Positions 59,851 to 64,000 of a stretch of 64,000 bases of DNA are shown in pieces (positions within the stretch are counted from its first letter, which is position 1; the number at the start of each line of letters is the position of its first letter). The notes beneath the pieces were generated by a model that saw nothing but the letters and a program-made list of their open reading frames with translations, had not been told where the DNA came from and made no database searches. The translations under genes and the position numbers were made by a program. Source of the DNA: Camelus ferus (taxonomy: Eukaryota); contig NC_045697.1 of the NCBI RefSeq assembly GCF_009834535.1, positions 12,402,001-12,466,000 of the forward strand, read 5' to 3'.

Positions 59851-60451
59851 AAAACCTAAAAAGTGAATTTTATCACTGATACAAAAGCTGGGTTGAAGGA
59901 CAAGGCCAGACTATGCAACCAAGTGCCAAACAGGTTTGCTGATGTTTCCTGCTTGCCCTGCCTCTAACTTATACCCACACTCCAGTCTGAGTCCTGCCTA
60001 TGGAAAATTTTGGGGTGGCACACACACCCAGAATTGCTGCTTTATACCAGTTCACAGCACAGAAGGAGAAAGACTGCACTCCCAGTCTGACAGCCTTTAT
60101 AACAGATTAGCTCCGTACAATCAAAGAATGTGAAGTAATGGCTGTCACCCAGCAGTCAGGTGGGAGGAGGATGGAAGGCGTGGAGCAAAAGGAAGGAATG
60201 TTCCTCCATACAGATACCTGGGGAGTGGGGGATAATAAATCTTACTGCCTAAGAAAATTATCTCTAGACTGGATACAAACTGAAAAATCATGAATTAAAG
60301 ATAGTACTGAGGAATTCACTCTGTGTTCATCACTGTTTTCTCATTTTAGGAAAAACTGCAAAATATCAGAGAGAAAGGAAAATCTTAAAGCTCTGACAGG
60401 AAAGACAGACTGCCAAAAAAGAAACAACAGTTAGGCTCACAATAGACTTTT

Positions 60452-61346
60452 TTCTTTTTCTTTTTTCTTGAAGTATAATCAATTTACAATGTTGTGTCAA
60501 TTTCTGGTGTGCAGCATGATGTTTCAGTCATATTTATATATACATACACATATTCGTTTTCATATTCTTTTGTTACAGGTTACTACTAAGTTACTGGATA
60601 TAGTTCCTTGTGCTATACAGTATAAATTTGTTGTTTATCTATTTTTGTATATTTTGTGAGTTAGTATCTGCAAATCTCAAACTCCCAGTTTATCCCTTCC
60701 CACTCCTTCCCCCCCAGGTAACCGTAAGTTTGTTTTTTATGTCTGTGAGTCTATTTTGTAAATAAGTTTATTTGTGTCTTTTTTTTTTTTTAGATTCCAG
60801 ATATAAATGATATTATATGGTATTATTTCTTTCTCTTTATGGCTTGCTTCACTTAGAATGATGATCTCCAGGTCCTTCCATGTTGCTGCAAATGGCATTA
60901 TTTTATTCTTTTTTATGGCTGAGTAGTATTCCATCATATAAATACACCACAGCTTTTTTTATCCAGTCATCTGTCGATGGACATTTAGGTTGTTTCCATA
61001 TGTTGGCTCTTGTAAATAGTGCTGCTATGAACATTGGGGTGCATGTATCTTTTTGAATTAGCATCTCCTCTGGATATATGCCCAGGAGTGGGATTGATTG
61101 ATCATCTGGTAAGTCTATTTTTAGTTTTTTTTAAGGAATCTCCATACTGTTTTTCATAATGGCTGAATCAAACTACATTTCTACCAATAGTGAAGGAGGG
61201 TTCTGTTTTCTCCACACCTTTTCCAGCATTTGTTGTTTATGGACTTTTTAATGCTGGCCATTCTGACTATTGTGAGATAGTACCTCATTGTAGTTTTGAT
61301 TTGCATTTCTCTGATAATTAATGATCTTGAGCCTTTTTTCATGTTC
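60452..61346 (-). mobile_element. Young 5'-truncated L1 with TSD
   Basis: ORF2 C-terminal remnants ([34 protein letters not shown]) plus 3' UTR and T-rich tail; TSD ctcacaatag(a/g)ctttt at 60436-60451 and 61347-61362. Confidence 0.95.
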
Positions 61347-62799
61347 CTCACAATAGGCTTTTCAATTAGCAAAAACAGACCAGAAGACTCTTAAGTACAG
61401 TTGCAAAATATCCAACCAAGGCTAACAACCCAGCTAAATTATTTATTCAAGAATAAAAGCAAATACATTTTAGATATATAAAATTATGAGTTTACTACAC
61501 AAAGATTGTCAATGTAAGAATTATTAAAGTATGCTAAAACAAAGTGGGGGTGAGGGAGAATTTAATGGATACAGAGTGTGAGATCCTTGTGTCTAAAAGG
61601 GAGATAAAATACTATAATCTTTAGAGTATTAGGTTAATGTATTGTTAATTATGTATGCTAAAAGAGTAACTAAAATAAAATCTACAGGTAGATGAAAAGG
61701 GCATGTAAAAAATATTATCCACCTAATGGAGATAAGGAGAAAATATAAAGAAGCAAAAAAAAAAAGTTGATAAACTCCAAATTCAGGTATTACAATATGT
61801 GTAAGTAGATTAAGCCTTTAAAAGACTGGGATTATTAGATGGATATAAAAACAAAACACCATCCAACCATATGCTGCTGACAAAGGACACTACAAAAACA
61901 AAATCACACAGAGAGGTTAAAAACAAAGCACTGGGAAATAAACTGATTAGTGTAGCAACATTAATATCATACAAAATAGATTTAAAGTATTACTAGCAAA
62001 AGATGACAATTATATAAAGAACAGTCCTCTGAGAAGATGTAACAATCATGACCCGTTTGTACCTAACAGCATATCCTTGGAAAACATAAAGTAGAAAAGG
62101 GACAAAAATATAAAGAGAGATGAGCAAATCAACAATTTTACTGGGGTATTTAACCCCTGTCAGATACTTAAAGAACAAGCTGAAGAGATGTTAGTAAGAA
62201 TAGAGATTTAAGCAACTCAAGAAGCTACCTGTAATAGATAATATACAACTCTGAGTTAAACAAATAGGGAATATTAGATGCTTTTCATGTATACATGGAA
62301 TAGTTACACAATGATCACATTAGGACACTGAAGAAGTATCAATAAATTTGAAAGAATCAGTGTAATAAATTCCATGTTCTCTAATCAAAAGGCAATTAAA
62401 TTAGAAATCAATAAGAAAACATTAAAAACATCACAATATGTTTCAAAAGTGAAATCATACTTAAGAATAATTAATAAATTAAAGATTAAAACCCAATGAG
62501 AATTACAAAATATTGGAAGGATACAACAATAGAACCTTAAGTGCATTTCTTAACAAATAAATGATTGAACATAAATGAATTAAGTATTTGGTTCAATAAG
62601 GTAAAACAAAAAAATAGACCTAAAGACTAGGAAAAAGAAACTAATAAAAGACCAAAAATTTAAACAGAAAATAAAGGAACTATACAAAGAAGCAAGAACA
62701 TCTAAATATTGTTCTTTGATAAAGAAAAAATTAATAATAGATAAATCGTTAGCAAAACTGATAAGAACAGAAAGGTGCAAAGGAATGAAAGAGTATGTA

Positions 62800-63377
62800 T
62801 AGCCAAGACATGAAAACAATCTAAATGTCCATCGACAGATAACTGGATAAAGTTGTGGGGTATATATATGTATGTGTGTGCAGCGTGCGCGCGCTCACAC
62901 ACACACACACACACACACACACAATGGAATACAACTCAGCCATAAAAACAAATAAAATAATGCCATTTGCAGCAACATGGATAAATCTGGAGATCATCAT
63001 TCTAAATGAAATAAGCCAGAAAGAGAAAGAAAATTACAATATAATATCACTTATATGTGGAATCTAAAAAAGACACAAATGAACTTATTTACAAAACAGT
63101 CTCACAGACATAGAAAACAAACTTATGGCTACCTGAGGGGAAAGGAGGTGGGAAGGGATAAATTGAGAGTTTGAGATTTGTAGATACTAACTACTGTATA
63201 TAAAATAGGTAAACAAGTATATACTGTATAGCACAAGGAACTATATTCAGTATCACATAACCTATAATGAAAAAGAATATGAAACTAAAAATATGTAAGT
63301 ATATGTATGACTGAACTATTTTGCTGTACACCAGAAATTGACACAACATTTTAAACTGACTATACTTCAATTAAAAA
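62800..63377 (+). mobile_element. Young 5'-truncated L1 with TSD
   Basis: MEYNSAIKTNKIMPFAATWINLE remnant, 3' UTR and A tail; TSD aaag(a/t)gtatgta at 62788-62799 and 63378-63389. Confidence 0.95.
62861..62923. repeat. TA/TG/GC/(CA)14 compound microsatellite within L1
   Basis: Directly visible. Confidence 0.95.
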
Positions 63378-64000
63378 AAAGTGTATGTAACTGGTTATAC
63401 AATAGGGATACAAAAACATCAGAAAGAACACTATAAAAATATTTATGCTATAAAAATAAATTTCAACACAGATAAAATAAATAATCTTCTAGAAAAATTT
63501 GTTTAAAATATCAATTTGAGCCTGGAACAGTGTAGAGAGCTTTAAATAAAAGAATAATAACTAGAGAAGTTGAGATAGTATTTAAAATCCTACCCCTCTC
63601 TACCTGTTAACCCTGATCCCCATCAGCCCCACCACGCAAGCATTAAAGTCATCTGTCTTCTGGCCCAGATGATTTTAACAAGTTTTATCAGTCCTTGAGG
63701 AACAGAAGATCCTCATCTTATAAGACTGTTTCAAATAATTGTCAGCTTATTTTATGACAATATTATAATTTGATATTCAAACTAGACTAAGAAAGTAAAA
63801 TACAATTACAGATTAATTTCACTTAGGAATACAGATGCAGAAATACCAAATAAAATATAAACAAATTGACGTCAGCATATGTGTGCGCTACATGTACACT
63901 CTCAGGTATAAGCAGAGATTATTCCAGTGATGTAAGGATAGCTCTGTATGAGAAAATCTAATCATGTAATTCAGCATATTAACAGATTAAAAGGTAATAA

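Larger units (their letters stand above)
57880..64000 (+). mobile_element. Old L1 (5' UTR, ORF1, ORF2; runs off the window), host to at least 7 later insertions
   Basis: Colinear ORF1 motifs (gagaaaggaaaatcttaaagc at 60370; acccagctaaattatttattcaa at 61430) and ORF2 motifs (atccaaccatatgctg at 61861; tggcccagatgattttaac at 63661; tacagatgcagaaatacc at 63830). The 5' boundary is uncertain. Confidence 0.75.

Noticed and set aside
1..64000. CRISPR array, prokaryote-like operon, intact endogenous viral gene or other novel system
   Set aside because: No repeat-spacer periodicity, no ORF over 172 aa and no gene-dense segment; the composition is ordinary mammalian repeat-rich DNA.

Overview
This 64 kb window is AT-rich mammalian intronic or intergenic DNA, almost certainly from a camelid (camel, llama or alpaca). 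Three tRNA-Ala(AGC)-derived SINEs of the vic-1 type, two with clear target-site duplications (TSDs), support that assignment. Roughly two thirds of the window is recognisable interspersed repeat: young and old L1, L2, L3/CR1, MIR, MaLR/ERVL LTRs and hAT MER elements, often nested. I found no intact protein-coding gene or confident exon. The only host-gene-derived sequence is a 5'-truncated, disabled RPL30 processed pseudogene (38721-39040, minus strand). The most interesting observations are (i) a very decayed CR1/L2-clade reverse-transcriptase fossil in otherwise unique-looking DNA at about 41.7-42.1 kb, (ii) two nested repeat pile-ups with readable insertion and deletion histories, including an inverted pair of young L1 tails, and (iii) several candidate regulatory islands, microexons and hairpins in unique sequence. 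I see no evidence for a novel biological system. Repeat subfamily names come from recalled consensus sequences, and boundaries of old repeats are approximate (within about 20-50 bp).
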